Assembly: GCF_006345805.1 (NCBI RefSeq)
Contig: NC_043004.1
Coordinates: 90,768,001 to 90,832,000 of the forward strand
Reading direction: 5' to 3'
Length of the DNA stretch: 64,000 nt
From: Octopus sinensis
Lineage: Eukaryota
Made by a program: the position numbers and the translations under genes. Below, in pieces: positions 1 through 12,620 of this stretch; position 1 is the stretch's first letter, and each line of letters opens with the position of its first letter. The notes below the pieces were generated by a model. The model worked only from the letters and a program-made list of their open reading frames with translations, ran no database searches and was not told where the DNA came from.

Positions 1-177
1 CTTCTTAATTCTATTTCAGAGTAGTCCCTTGTCCTTTTTTAACCATAATTCGTCATTTACATAATGATTTGTTTTCAACACTAACAGCGTAGTTTTAATA
101 AATTAAAACATCATATAAGTTGGTATTTTGCTATCAATGTTTATTAATTCTCTCTATTTCGGTTTCTCCACATACAG

Positions 178-312
178 GGTTACACCAGACAGATCGCATA
201 CATTGTAACACAAATGCCTTTACCTAAGACTTTAGCTGATTTCTGGCGCTTGCTTTATGATCATCAATCTGACACTGTAGTCATGCTGAATGACTATGAC
301 CGCAATGATAAG
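178..312 (+). CDS. Receptor-type protein tyrosine phosphatase, D2-domain exon (first exon in window; gene starts upstream)
   Basis: Pyrimidine tract + catacag| ... aag|gtaaat; 135 nt, phase 0; GYTRQIAYIVTQMPLPKTLADFWRLLYDHQSDTVVMLNDYDRNDK contains PTP motifs YIxTQxP, DFWxL and VVML. Confidence 0.95.
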
Positions 313-479
313 GTAAATTCTTTTGATCAGCACCAGTAAAACACTTTCATACTCAGTTACACTCTCTCTTTCACATATGTAAGGCACCTAGAGTTATAGG
401 CTTGCTGCTTAGTAACCCTTATTACCTCAAAATTTTGTATCTGAATAATGTATACGTTTCAGCAATGTAGAATCATAAC

Positions 480-1030
480 TATAATGATAATAATAATAAT
501 AATAATAATGAAATTATTGTATACAGTACTCAGGTGCACCACAACCTGTCAAAAGTGCGTATAAAGCATATGCAGTAATGTACAAATGTCTAGAAAGTGA
601 ACAGTATATGAGTCAGATACATGCTTGCGTGTGTATGGAGGGGAGAAAATCAGGTGTATTGTTGGCGAATCTCAGGAAGCATGGAAGTTTTGAAGGATGC
701 AGTGCTCGACAACTAACAACTGATGCCGGCAGTTTGTTCCATGCTTCAGCAACTCTTAGCGTGAAAAAATGTTTCTGAAAGTCATGAGAGCTGTGCTGTT
801 TTCTGACTTTGTAAACATGTCCACGGGTGTTAGACAGGTGGAGTTTGAAAAGGTGCTCAGAGTTATTGTTTGTAAGTTGGTTAATAATTTTATGGGTGTC
901 TGCCAAGTCAGCTGCCAGACGTCGGAGTTTCAATGTATCCATGTCCAGGGAAGTAAGGCATTCAGAATATGGCCAATGCCTGATGGAGGGTATTCTCTTG
1001 GTGCACCTCGCTGAACGGTTTCCAGACGAT
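480..1030 (-). mobile_element. CR1-group LINE, 5'-truncated 3' end
   Basis: ORF 613-942(-) has LRRLAADL...TRGH.YK...HFF..RVAEAWNKLP, typical of the CR1/L2 ORF2 C-terminus; ends in an (ATT)n tail at ~480-510. Confidence 0.85.
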
Positions 1031-1329
1031 TAATATCCTGGGCAAGATAGAGGTTCCAGACCAGTGATGCAAATTCCAGGTGAGGTCACACCATAGCTAT
1101 ATAAAGCCACAGATAGATAGCCGATACAATACAAGGAGTATATTGTCATGCCAAACAAACAACTGGGATGCTCATTTTCCTCTATTATACACCAGTTGCC
1201 TTCATCTTCTTTTGTTGCGTAATTCTCATTCTCCCTTTTTTTCACTACCCACCTTATTCGATGCTCTCTCTCTCTCTCCCTACACACACACAATATCTGT
1301 TTTAATCATTTCTGTTTGTTTTTTGTTAG

Positions 1330-1464
1330 ACATGTGCTTTGTATTGGCCAGAGGAATATGGCTACACAGTGGAACATGGTCCACTGAGCATACAGTTATT
1401 ATCATCATCTGAAATAGACCCTACTGTAGCTGTAAGGGTTTTTCAGTTGCGTCATGTAAGCAAG
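1330..1464 (+). CDS. RPTP D2-domain exon
   Basis: ttttgttag| ... aag|gtaaat; 135 nt in frame; TCALYWPEEYGYTVEHGPLSIQLLSSSEIDPTVAVRVFQLRHVSK (CxxYWP motif). Confidence 0.93.
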
Positions 1465-1949
1465 GTAAATACTTTAGCGTTTGTTTTTCTCTCTTTCATT
1501 TATGTATTTTTATGAATATAATTTATTTTCAACATCAAGATATGAAGTGATGAATACAATAGAATTCTATACACAACACTGTGCTCTCTTTAGTCTTGTT
1601 TTTTTTTTTCCTGTTCAAATTCTACTGGGGGTTGACTTTATCATTCTTTTGTTGTCAGTCATGAAATTATGTACCAGTCAACTATATCATTCCTATAAAT
1701 CCCTGGCTTTAATTTATTTAAGAAATTATATATTTTCAATGCCTAAAACAGAGGAGTATAAGAAATGGTAAGGGGCTGGAATGAAATATCAAAGAGCAGT
1801 TAATTTCATTCCTTTGTACTCTTCATTCAAAACTTGCCACAGTTGACTTTGTTTAAGGGTTTGTAAAATAAGTACCAAGCAATGTAGTAACAGTAACCAA
1901 TTTCTCATCCTCTTGAAATTTAAGACATCAAACCAATGTAAGACATTGC

Positions 1950-2284
1950 TATCTATTATGGAAATTGTAGCTGTGAAACCATTGCCGGTGGCACGTAAGA
2001 GAACCATCCAATCGTGGCCATTGCCAGCGCTGCCCCGACTGGCCTCCGTGCCGGTGGCATGTAAAAAGCACCATCCGACCGTGGCCGTTGCCAGCCTTGT
2101 CTGGCACGTAAAAAGCACCCACTACACTCATGGAGTGGTTGGCATTAGGAAGGGCATCCAGCTGTAGAAACACTGCCAGATCAGACTGGGCCTGGTGCAG
2201 CCTTCAGGCTTCCCAGACCCCAGTTGAACCGTCCAACCCATGCTAGCATAGAAAATGGATGTTAAACGATGATGATGATGATGA
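1950..2284 (+). mobile_element. RTE-type LINE 3'UTR fragment
   Basis: Matches the 3' end of the RT-bearing copy at 30641-31866; 3 internal ~60-bp units; (GAT)n tail. Confidence 0.8.
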
Positions 2285-2833
2285 TCTCACCTATTCTGCT
2301 GCCTTTTCTTGATCTCTGATGGTAGTATGTGGAACCACTGGTGATGATTTTAAGAATGACTTTACTGTCCAAAACAAATTTTGTTTCATTTAATTTTATT
2401 AAAATTAGGATAGCAGGAATTAGCCATAAAAAAAGGTAGGGGGTTCTGTGACTTTTAGAAAACTGTCATGGGTTCTACAACAAAATAAATATAGGAATCA
2501 CTGCCTTAACCCAGTGGATCACATTAACACTGCTGAAGGGCACTGTCTTCATGTGGTATACATTAGTTAACTTGTGGAATCCATTTCTTTTCATTCCCCA
2601 AGTTAAATATAACTCTTTGTTTTTCAGGCTAGACATCTCACTTTTCTGGGAAGCACCTGTAAAAGTTGCTGGGCCCCTCTTGTGACTAACCTATTAAAAT
2701 CAACACTTAGTAATGACAATATTTTAAGGATAAACATTGTTAAATTGATATTCATGTACCTTATTCTCTCTATAATGATGTAATGATATTTTTAAGGCAT
2801 ATGAAATGTTTTCCAAAACAATGATATTTTCAG

Positions 2834-2985
2834 GGCGAAGAACGAGCTATCAAACAGTTTCAATTTAATGCCTGGCCTGGAATGCAGAAACTTCCAAACA
2901 CTACTGCTTCAATAATTAGGTTATACAATCAAGTTCAAGAATGGCTGTCACAAAATGGAAAGGGACCAATCACTGTACATTGCAT
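2834..2985 (+). CDS. RPTP D2-domain exon (WPD-loop region and start of the signature motif)
   Basis: ttttcag| ... tgc at|gtgagt; 152 nt ending in phase 2; GEERAIKQFQFNAWPGMQKLPNTTASIIRLYNQVQEWLSQNGKGPITVHC(M). Confidence 0.95.
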
Positions 2986-5900
2986 GTGAGTTATACTTTA
3001 TACCGTACATCTCTTGTATATTGTATGTAGTACTTATTGTATGTTTTACTTTCTGCTAATTAGCTGCATATGTAATTCCAAAATTAAAGTAATTACACTT
3101 AAATGTACTAATTACAGACTTAGACATTATGTATTTTTTAAATATCTTTTGAAACAATGCACTTGTTACATGCTTAGTTATTTGCTATTTATGAGTAAAC
3201 ATCTAACAAGTGTTATATTATAGTTAGTGTTTAGAAACATAAAAGACTTTCATACTGGTTTGCTGCTTTCCCATTGCCACAGGAATTTTATAGTATCTTG
3301 GTATGTATTGTAGTAAGGAAGAGTTACACCAGATGACCAACCTTACTCTCTCATTTTTGACTTACTATTCTTTAGGCAAAAAACGACTAAAGATATGTCC
3401 GGGTAGTCATCATACTCTAATATAAGTATCCACAATAATATTGTTGGATATTGTCTTCCCTTTCTCCCCATCAAAACATAATCATTGATTATTGGGTTTG
3501 CTCTGCACAGTCTACCGAAAATCTAGTCTTTATATGCATAGAGTGACAAATCTTTAAAGAACTTAAGACTTAGCAGTTACCTTCAACCATTTGTAGCTGG
3601 CTTGCCAATATCATTGCCCAAGATATAATGTTGATAAATGCAGACAGTTTGTGAAACCACAGGTGAGAGAGCCAGTGGTTAATGAGCTGTTCTGCAAAAT
3701 GATTTGGATGGGCCAATCACAGGATGTTAAGGAGATATTGTCTCATCTTGACACATTCCCCCCCCCCATGATCTTTGAAGCACACCAACTCCTGGTAAGA
3801 TGTTAACAGCAACATATTGATCAGCACAGTTTTGTTGACATGAAGGATTTTGATATGGTCAGCAGGGGATGCCTTATGGAAGCCCATGAAGAAATGTACC
3901 AGTGACGTGTACTAGATGATGGAGAGATATCTAATACTTCACACTAACAAAGAGCATCTGCATCCTTGTCCTTACATAGTTATGCACCCTGTGCATCCTG
4001 TTAAATGTGGGTTGAGAGCACCTTCCCCAGTGCTGGTGCTACAAAAATGCACCCAGTACTCTCTAATAAGTGGTTGCTGTTAAGAACAGCATCTAGCTGT
4101 AGAAACCAAGCTAAAAATATTTTCTGATGTAGGCACAAGGTCTTAAATTTGAGTGGGCAAATAATGAAACTTAAAAGCAAGATATAATCCTTTGACTCAT
4201 ATAGGAGAACAGCAACAACTCTTCCAACCTATGCTAGCATGGAAAGTGGATACCAAACAACAATGATGATGATGACATGCATGTGTGTGTGTGTGTTGTA
4301 TTCAATACACATAACAGAATTTATTCATTCATTTCTGTATTTTTGAAGTTCTTCAAGGTGATTATTCAGATATAATGGTAGTGGAAAATGAATAAACACC
4401 TACATACATCATTGTCCTTATCACCACCACAGCTATCATTATTTTATGCTCTTTTTTTTTATATATATTTGGACAAATTAAATGGATCTTCTCAGTTATG
4501 TATTGCATCTCATTGCTTCTTATGGTCTTTTCTTATTCTCTTTGTGGGGTTCACATTCCAGAGATCAGTTTCTATAATTTTTACTCTGCCTTTCTTAGTT
4601 TTCTCCTCCTGCAAGTTCCTTCCTTCCTATATCTGTCTATTTATCCATTCATCCACTCAAAATAATATTGGGTACATATTTTGATGGCCTTTAACCTGCA
4701 ATTGGCTTCTTATATCTTTCCAAATGAAACTTGCTTTTAGTAGAGAATGAATGTTTCATAAATATCAATTGACGTACTGTAATACAAATAAAAGATAAAT
4801 ATTTTAATTTGATTTCACTTCACCTGTTTTGTGTGTGGGAATGATCAGTTGATTTCATAGAAATGTTTAACAGATAGATTTGGAACCTGTTCTGCATCTC
4901 AACTTCAAGACTATTCACATAAATATTGCTATTTTGTGGAATCTCAGATCAATAGGAAATCTATCAAGATCACAAGATCTTTATGCCTAAATTATCTGAG
5001 ATCTCCTACCAATGATGCTGAACAATTAGCAAGGATTGTAAACTTCTTGACTGTAAAACAGAATTTTCATTCATTTGTTTATCCCTGGGTTTTCTGTGCC
5101 AGATATCCCTTCCAGATATTGTCTACAGCAACAAAATACAGAAAAACTAAAGCAATTAGTTGAAAAGAAATACTGAGTGAAAAGCTACAGAATGATTTTG
5201 ACACCTTCAGAACAACAACCAAAGTTCAAATCTCTCCTTTGCTTGATGATCCTGAACACTTATTACGTGGAGACATATTTGCATTAGCCAGTTCTTTCTG
5301 CATTGCTGTACAAAAGTTATTCTATAACTTTTGTACAGCTTTCTCTATTCCACTTTCCACTGAGAAAGCTTTTATCAGGAACATTGATGTTAATTGGCCA
5401 AAATAATTTGAAACTCTCGAAGTTAGACAAATGTTGAAATGTGTTTTAGTCACTTAGTACACATTTTGTGAACCCTTGCCAAATAATTTACCTATTGGTA
5501 GCAAGGCCTCAAGGTTTCTAGATGATTTTTGGTAAATACTTTCTTAAAGAAAACTGTAAGTGCTTCTGTTATGAACATATTTAAGGCTCATTCTTCATTT
5601 TGTAATTTGGAATAGAGAAATGAAACTGAATATTAACATGAACAGGCTACTACAAGATATAGAAGACTGCAAATGGGCTGATTTTCTGTTTTGTATTAGT
5701 GTAAGAAGAAACAACTAAGTCTGATAGCAAGATCAAATGTCCAAATGGAGTTGAGGTTGTATCTGATGTGATGAAGGTGTATGTTGCTCTGTTGTAGGCA
5801 TAGTGACAAGATTAAAACAATGCCACCAACATAACTGTGTTTTCTAATGTTAAAAATTTCTTAACTTTATATCATCCAGATCCTTAATCTAAGTAAATTT

Positions 5901-6278
5901 CCATTTAAATACATTTTTTTCCAGTACTTATGTATCTTTGTATTTTTTTCTTATAATGTTCACCATTCATTATTATCAACGATGATGACAATTGCTGCTG
6001 AGCAAAGTGACAGCAGGTATATGTATGTGGGGTGTATAGCACTGCATCTTGCATCTGAATATGACGATTGTTTAATTATATAATGGGATATTATTATTAT
6101 GTGTGTCTCCTGTTACATAGTGATATAATGTGGAGTGCAAGAAGGCTAGTTTTTTGCTGTTATGTTTGTTTCCCTAACTCAACTCTATAATGAGAATGTA
6201 CTATTACAGCCATTGACCCTGTATATGTACACAAGCACACTTCCCAATAGCATTACATGTGTGTTGTTTTCTTTTTAG

Positions 6279-6414
6279 GGATGGGGCACGGCGCAGCGGT
6301 CTGTTTTGTGCAATCAGTGCTGTTATAGAGAGAATGAAAGTAGACAGGGAAGTAGATGTCTTCCAGACTGTGAAACAAATTCGTGTAAACAGATATCAAT
6401 TCATTGAAGATGTT
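6279..6414 (+). CDS. RPTP D2-domain exon (rest of the HCxxGxxRSG signature)
   Basis: ctttttag|g gat ... gtt|gtaagt; 136 nt, phase matches the previous exon; DGARRSGLFCAISAVIERMKVDREVDVFQTVKQIRVNRYQFIEDV. Confidence 0.95.
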
Positions 6415-7295
6415 GTAAGTATTTTAATGTTACATTTGATTCCAAACATTTTTGTTTTTATTATGGTCTAGAAGAGTTCCATTGCTACCCCAGAGGTAAC
6501 TACTTTTCATCCATTTAGGGTCAATGCCTGTATTAATCTATTACACTCTTTCTCAAAACTTTTTAACCCTATGTCTATATAAAAAATCATTCATTCCATT
6601 GTAAGACTCCCACCAAAATTTTTGTGCTGACAGTGTTTCAGTCACACATATCCCACCTTTATTATGTACAAGTTATCATGAGATTTAGTATTTATACGTA
6701 AGGTCTTCTCTCTAAAGCTTTAATTATGTTAGCGTGATTTAGAACACACATTGCATTGTTAAATCGACATGTAGAGTGATTATATACACAGAACTCACTT
6801 GCATAAATTGTTACAATTTTCATAAATTACTGTAAACCCACAATCTCTTCACTACAACTTAAATTTAAAGTATATGCTTCAAGCGAATAAATGCTACATG
6901 TACTGTACTGAGTTCAATTCCTGCCAGTATCAGTTTTACATTTTATTTCTCCTAGCTTGAGAAAAGAAATACCAGTCAAATGCTGGCATCACTTCAGTTG
7001 ATAATACTAATGTTCTGAGTTCAGCTACCACCAGAATTCACTTTTCATCCATTGAGGGGTCGTTAGAATATCTATCAATGAAGTACTGAAGTCAATTCAA
7101 TTACATACACTACCCTTCTTTATTGTGATAAAAGAAGCAAGGATTAACAAATGATAAAACATGCAGTGTTTAGTTTTTTGCTGTTATCTTTGTTTTCCTA
7201 ACTTAACTCTATAATGAGAATGTCTACATTCTGAGTTCAAATCCTGCAAGGATTAACTTCGCTTGTCTTCTTTCTAGGAATGATAAAAATAAAAA

Positions 7296-7625
7296 TAGTA
7301 ATAATGAAATTATTGTATACAGTGCTCAGGTGCACCACAACTTGTCAGAAAGTGTGTATAAAGTACATGCGGTAATGTACAAATGTCTGGAAAGCAAACA
7401 ATGTATGAGTCAGATACATGCCTGTGTGTGTATGGAGGGGAGAAAATCAGGTGTAGTGTTGGCGAATCTCAGGAAGCATGGAAGTTTTGAAGGATGCAGT
7501 GCTCTGACAACTAACAACTGATGCCGGCAGTTTGTTCCATGCTTCAGCAACTCTTAGCGTGGAAAAATGTTTCCTAAAGTCATGGAAGCTGTGCTGTTTT
7601 CTGACTTTGTAAATATGTCCATGGG
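7296..7625 (-). mobile_element. CR1-group LINE 3' fragment
   Basis: Near-identical to 505-830 (RVAEAWNKLPASVV). Confidence 0.85.
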
Positions 7626-8514
7626 TAGAATTGAATTGGCAACACATCCTTTTCTCCTATGTAAACATGTAACCTTGTGCACATATAGCAAACTATTATC
7701 ATAGTCTGCACTTCTACACCTACTTCTGAGACTAGTTGTATTGAACTTGTTATTACTATCACAAATTGCGAGAAACATGATATAGACAAATCTGATAATG
7801 TCTGTTAATTCGCAACCAAGCTGTTCTTTAATTCTATTTTGGCCTTGGGTAAAGAAAAAAGAAACATTTCTGTTCCCTGATTGTAATACTAAAATATGAT
7901 GAAAATTGTGTAAGTTAGAGGTGTCATGTATATTTATGTTATTGATAATAAATACCAAAAACCCCAAAATAGATAACAATTAACACTTCTATTTTTCAGT
8001 TTTATATTCATGATTTCCAATGCTATAATTTTAGAAGTCGAAGTGTAGTATCCATAACTTTTTCAGGTTTTCCAATGCTGGTAATATTGATGTGGCCAGT
8101 TTCCAGCCTGAACATCTGCAGATCAATGTCTACAAACTAAAAATAGGTGGGGAGTTTCTGGCCCCAATACTTGCAACAGAATTAACTCTGTTAAAGGCAA
8201 CCAACAACTGTTGGTGATGGTTAGGCCTACTGTCCATGGCTAACATGGTGGTGCATTGGAGCAATTGTTTTTACTTTTGGATGATGATGCTTTCCACTTT
8301 CCTGTCCCTAGCAACCCAGCTGTGGAAGCTGGGAGTAATGAGGTCAGTTATGTGCCCTTGGGAAATGAGACACAAAGACTGCAGTGGTAACATTTGAAAT
8401 TATGACTATATATGGTATCAGTAGTTAAATACCTCTCAACTTTACAACCTTTGAGCACCCTACCATCTGTTCTCTCTCTCTCTCTCTGTATGAATATATA
8501 TATATATATATATA

Positions 8515-9916
8515 GGAGGTGGTGAACTCATACATCGCGTCCGTCATCTACTACCGCCTGACCATCGTGCCTTGTCCCGACCCTACCATCACCAAACTAG
8601 AACGCATTCTCTTTTGCTTCTTGTGGAAAGGATGCATCCCGGTGGTCAAGCGATCCATTTGCTGTCAACACCCGTTAAAAGGAGGACTGGGCATGCCGTA
8701 GTTGATGATGCACAGACATGTGCTGAGACTGCGACATCTCAAGCTCTACGTAGACAACGGTGAACAGGTGTGGTCGCAGTTTGTGAGGCACGCTTTCCCA
8801 CAACTTGTCTCCATGACCGAACTGCAGTCGTGGATCAAAAAGAGGCCGAGGAAGGGCGAATGGCACCGTGAGTGTCGCGTTGCTCTCAAGCAACTATACC
8901 GTCCCGGGTTGACATGAGTGACTTCAACACAACCAAAGCATTCTATAGGGGATTAGTGGAGGGGAGGTACGACAACGAGCTCGGGGCGAACCTGGACGTC
9001 GACGAGGAATACCTGACCCTCCTATTCAGGACAACTTTCGGGCCAGGGCCCATGGACAACTTCCAGAGATCCTTGGCCTGGCAGTGCTATCAGGAAGTGC
9101 TACCCATTTGGGATAAGCTCTACCCGTTCGGGATAAGCTCTACAGACATGGGTCGAGAAACACGGGGCTGACCTGCCCAAGAGGCGGTCAGAGCGACAAA
9201 ACTATTCTGCACGCACTCGTGCAGTATCAACAATTTCTGACCTGTGGGCTTATGTCGAATGACTGCTGACCCGTGTGAGATGAGTCAGTTTATCAGCTGA
9301 GTCTATCGTCAATATTGTCATGCCTCCTATCTTCAAACGGGAAGGAAGAGCTATTTTCATCATCCTTGTGGCTATAGCGAAAGAATGTATCTGGTGGACG
9401 CGTCTGAAAGGATTGGAGACAAACACTTACCTCTCTGGTCAATCTCTCATCAACTTCTTCAAGTATCACTTGAAAAGGAAAGTGAGAGTAGAGAGGCAAG
9501 TTTTGTCTAGCAAATGTTTCAAAAAAAGATGGGTGAATGTAGCAAGGATGGCACGTATGAATGATGAAGCCACTTTGAACATAATCCTATGAACCTGGAA
9601 AATCTAAAACAGAGGGTTACCTACTTGCAAACAAATGTGGTAACATGTAACATTATTGACCGAGGTTACCGTGGTCATTTCCGTAGTCTTTTCTTTCCAT
9701 GGATAAACCTTATCTGCTTCCCCCTTTACACTTTACATCATGACACTGTGATAAACGATCCCTATTGATCGTTTCTTTGTTTTTTGTTTTCTTCTTTCCC
9801 TTTTACGATCCCTTTTGATCGAAAACCTACCCCACTTTTTTTTCTCTCCCCAAAAAAGAAAAGCTCTATTTTGTAATCTGTCCCGTCTGTGTGCAGCCCT
9901 GTGTAGCTAATAAAGA

Positions 9917-9918
<2 letters not shown>
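8515..9918 (+). mobile_element. L1/Tx1-clade LINE, 5'-truncated, degenerate ORF2 C-terminus plus 3'UTR
   Basis: GC-richer island; FLWKG...KRS.CC.HP.KGGLGMP is a typical post-RT L1/Tx1 motif; stops and frameshifts; T-rich 3'UTR ending aataaagaaac; (TA)n on both sides. Confidence 0.8.
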
Positions 9919-9961
<43 letters not shown>

Positions 9962-10937
9962 CATAGCTCTCTCTTCTTTCCACATGGGTAAACCATGTAT
10001 TCACTGCTTCAGCTTGACACCTACTCATGTCCCTCTGTCTTACTTTCGTATCCTTCAATATGATATATACATACCCCACTCAGTCGAGGGGTCTTGTGGG
10101 TACTTGGTGACCTCACCAGTGCTGGTGTCATGAAAAAAGAAAAACACTCTGTACACTCTCTGAAGTGGTTAGTGTTAGGAAAGGTATCTAACTACAGAAG
10201 CCATATCAAAGCAGACATTGGAGCTTGATACAACCCTTTGGTTTATATACGCATATTAAATCGTCCAACCCATGTCAGCATCGAAAAAGGAACATTAAAT
10301 GATGATAATGTTGCTCTAATACATAATTATGAAGATTTAATGACTAACATCATCTCATTCTGAAGCTGAAAAATTGTTTTGTGACTAAAGATTTACATGG
10401 AAGCACTTTCGTTACTTAGTACAGTACTATTTTCTTGACATGTGGTCTGTGTATTTTTAAAGTAGTGCAAGTGGTGCTGCATTGAACAAAATGTCTTGCA
10501 GTCGTGTCCCTTTTCATTCACAGTTCAAAATGTATATCGATCAAATTGATCTTGAATCTTTCTAAGGGTTCATACAATGAAGTACTAATTGAATTCTTGG
10601 TTACGCATAATCCGTGTGTAAATACATGGTTGATATAATGTTACTGATTACCTGTACTAGCATGAATTGAAGTGGAAATATATATATAAACAAAAAAGGT
10701 TAGGTGTTGTGCCATAAGATAGTTGTGAGTAATATTACGCGAGAGTCTGCATTAGAGATTCCTGGCCAAGACAGTCTTTACTTTATTTCATAACACACTA
10801 ACATGCATACTCTTTCTGACTTTTTTAAAAATACATATGTTTAAAAACTTTAGTTCCTAATGTCACTGACAAAGACTTATTCCAGTATACTTATTATTTT
10901 TGACATGGATCATCATTAGTGTAGCCTGCCAATTCTA

Positions 10938-11170
10938 TTAAACTGACCATACTAATGTATCGTGTATGTGACCTCGTGTGTACCGTTGGCGATTTTTTTT
11001 TCCTCTGTCTTCCCTTCTCTGGATCTTTCCTTCTCCTATGTTTCCGACGAAGAGCTCCGCTCGAAACGTTAAACCCTCCTTCTTTCCTGAGCGTCCAATA
11101 ATACTATATTTGTTCCACGTCCTCATGTTGTTGTGTTTTTTTGTGCTTTCTTGTTTGGATTAACTATCGT
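10938..11170 (+). mobile_element. Penelope-type terminal-repeat remnant with a hammerhead-like motif
   Basis: CpG-containing island followed by (TA)n; GTTT-CCGACGA-A-GAGC(TCC)GCTC-GAAAC-GTTA-AAC at 11040-11074. Confidence 0.55.
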
Positions 11171-11259
11171 GTAATATATATATATATATATAAATTCTTT
11201 CATTATTGTTTATAGAATTCATCTAATTTTCTTTTTATCTTTTTTTTTCTTCCCTAAAG

Positions 11260-11313
11260 GAGCAGTATGATTTTTGTTACAAAGTTATACAACAGTATTT
11301 AAACAGTCAATGA
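11260..11313 (+). CDS. RPTP terminal coding exon
   Basis: Long pyrimidine tract + taaag|; EQYDFCYKVIQQYLNSQ then TGA; EQYxFxY is the conserved PTP C-terminal motif. Confidence 0.93.
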   Translation, partial: EQYDFCYKVIQQYLNSQ

Positions 11314-12177
11314 AAGTGAGAAGCTGGTATGAATTATCTATGGTTATACACAAATTCTTGTTATGAAGGTATCACTGCCGAACGATGATTTACAAAAACA
11401 AATGATCCATTATTTCTTTAGTGCCGTACTTTTGGAGAATATATTCCCAGAATCAGGGAAAGTATTCATTCAATATGCAAAAATAAAGCGAAAAAGCAAG
11501 CTGTTCATTGGACCATCGTTCTATCCCTCTGTCCTTGTCAATTAATTTTATGAAACAACTGAGCTACAGGCCAATCCAAACAAGTTATAAATCTCATTTC
11601 AGTGCCAGTCTTAGGTCACACTGTGACCTTTGCTGCCTGCCTATCTGTCTTTCTATACCTACCTACTTGCCTATCTACCCATCTATCAGTCTGTTTATCT
11701 ATCTGACTGTGTCTGTATATCTCTCTACATACTTACCTACCTATTCATATATTTATCTATTTGTCTACACTCTCCGGTATCCAGGTTGGTTCTTTGCTCT
11801 TAATCTCTTCATTAATATGCAATCTGCTAATCTAATGTAGATAAGCATGTAAGAAAAAAAAAAATCAAATCTGTGGTAGGGACAATTTTTTTTTTTGTCC
11901 TTCTGCTCCACCGTACCCCTTTAATTTTTCATCCTTGGAAATTCCTGACTTTTATTATACTGATATGACTATTTTTCATTTAAAAAAAAAGATGCATTTT
12001 CAAACACGTTATCTGTAAATTTTTTGCTTTGCTTTTATTTCATTTTTATTTTATTTCAAATTGTTGTGCCCAACAGACTTTGTCCTGCTGATCCAATTTG
12101 CCCCACTTCCTCTTCCCTTGTTCATCAAATATGAATTTTTTGTCAGAAGTCTTTCGTTAGTTAAATTTATTATTATA

Positions 12178-12620
12178 AGGGTGGTGAATTGGCAGAATGG
12201 TTTGTGCTGGAGTAAAATGCCTTGTGTTATTTGTTCTGGCTCTCTTACATTCTGAGTTCATATCCTGCCAAGGTCAGCTTTGCCTTTTATCCCTCCAGGC
12301 TCAATAGAATAAACTATCAGTCAAATATTGCAGTTGGTTTAATTGACTCAGCCTCTCCCAAATCTAGGGCCTTGTGCCTATATTAGAAATGGTTATATAT
12401 TGCATAGTGGATTGGAAAAATAGTTAGAGCAGCAGAAAAATGTCCTGCAGTATTTGTGCTAGCTCTTTCCATTCTGAGTTCAGTTCCTGCCCAGGTCAAC
12501 TTTACCGTTCATCTTTTTGGAGTTGATAAAATAAAGTACCAGTGAAATACTGGGGTCGATGGTTTCGACTAACCCCTTCCCTTCACAATTGCTGGCCTTG
12601 TGCCTAAATTAGAAACTAAT
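12178..12620 (+). mobile_element. Two degenerate family-B SINE copies
   Basis: ttctgagttca box B-like motif, cctt(t)catc...gataaaataaagtacc core, ggccttgtgcctaaattagaa tail. Confidence 0.65.

Noticed and set aside
6259-6471. ORF-track 70-aa protein as a stand-alone gene
   Set aside because: Only 6279-6414 is exonic; the rest is intron
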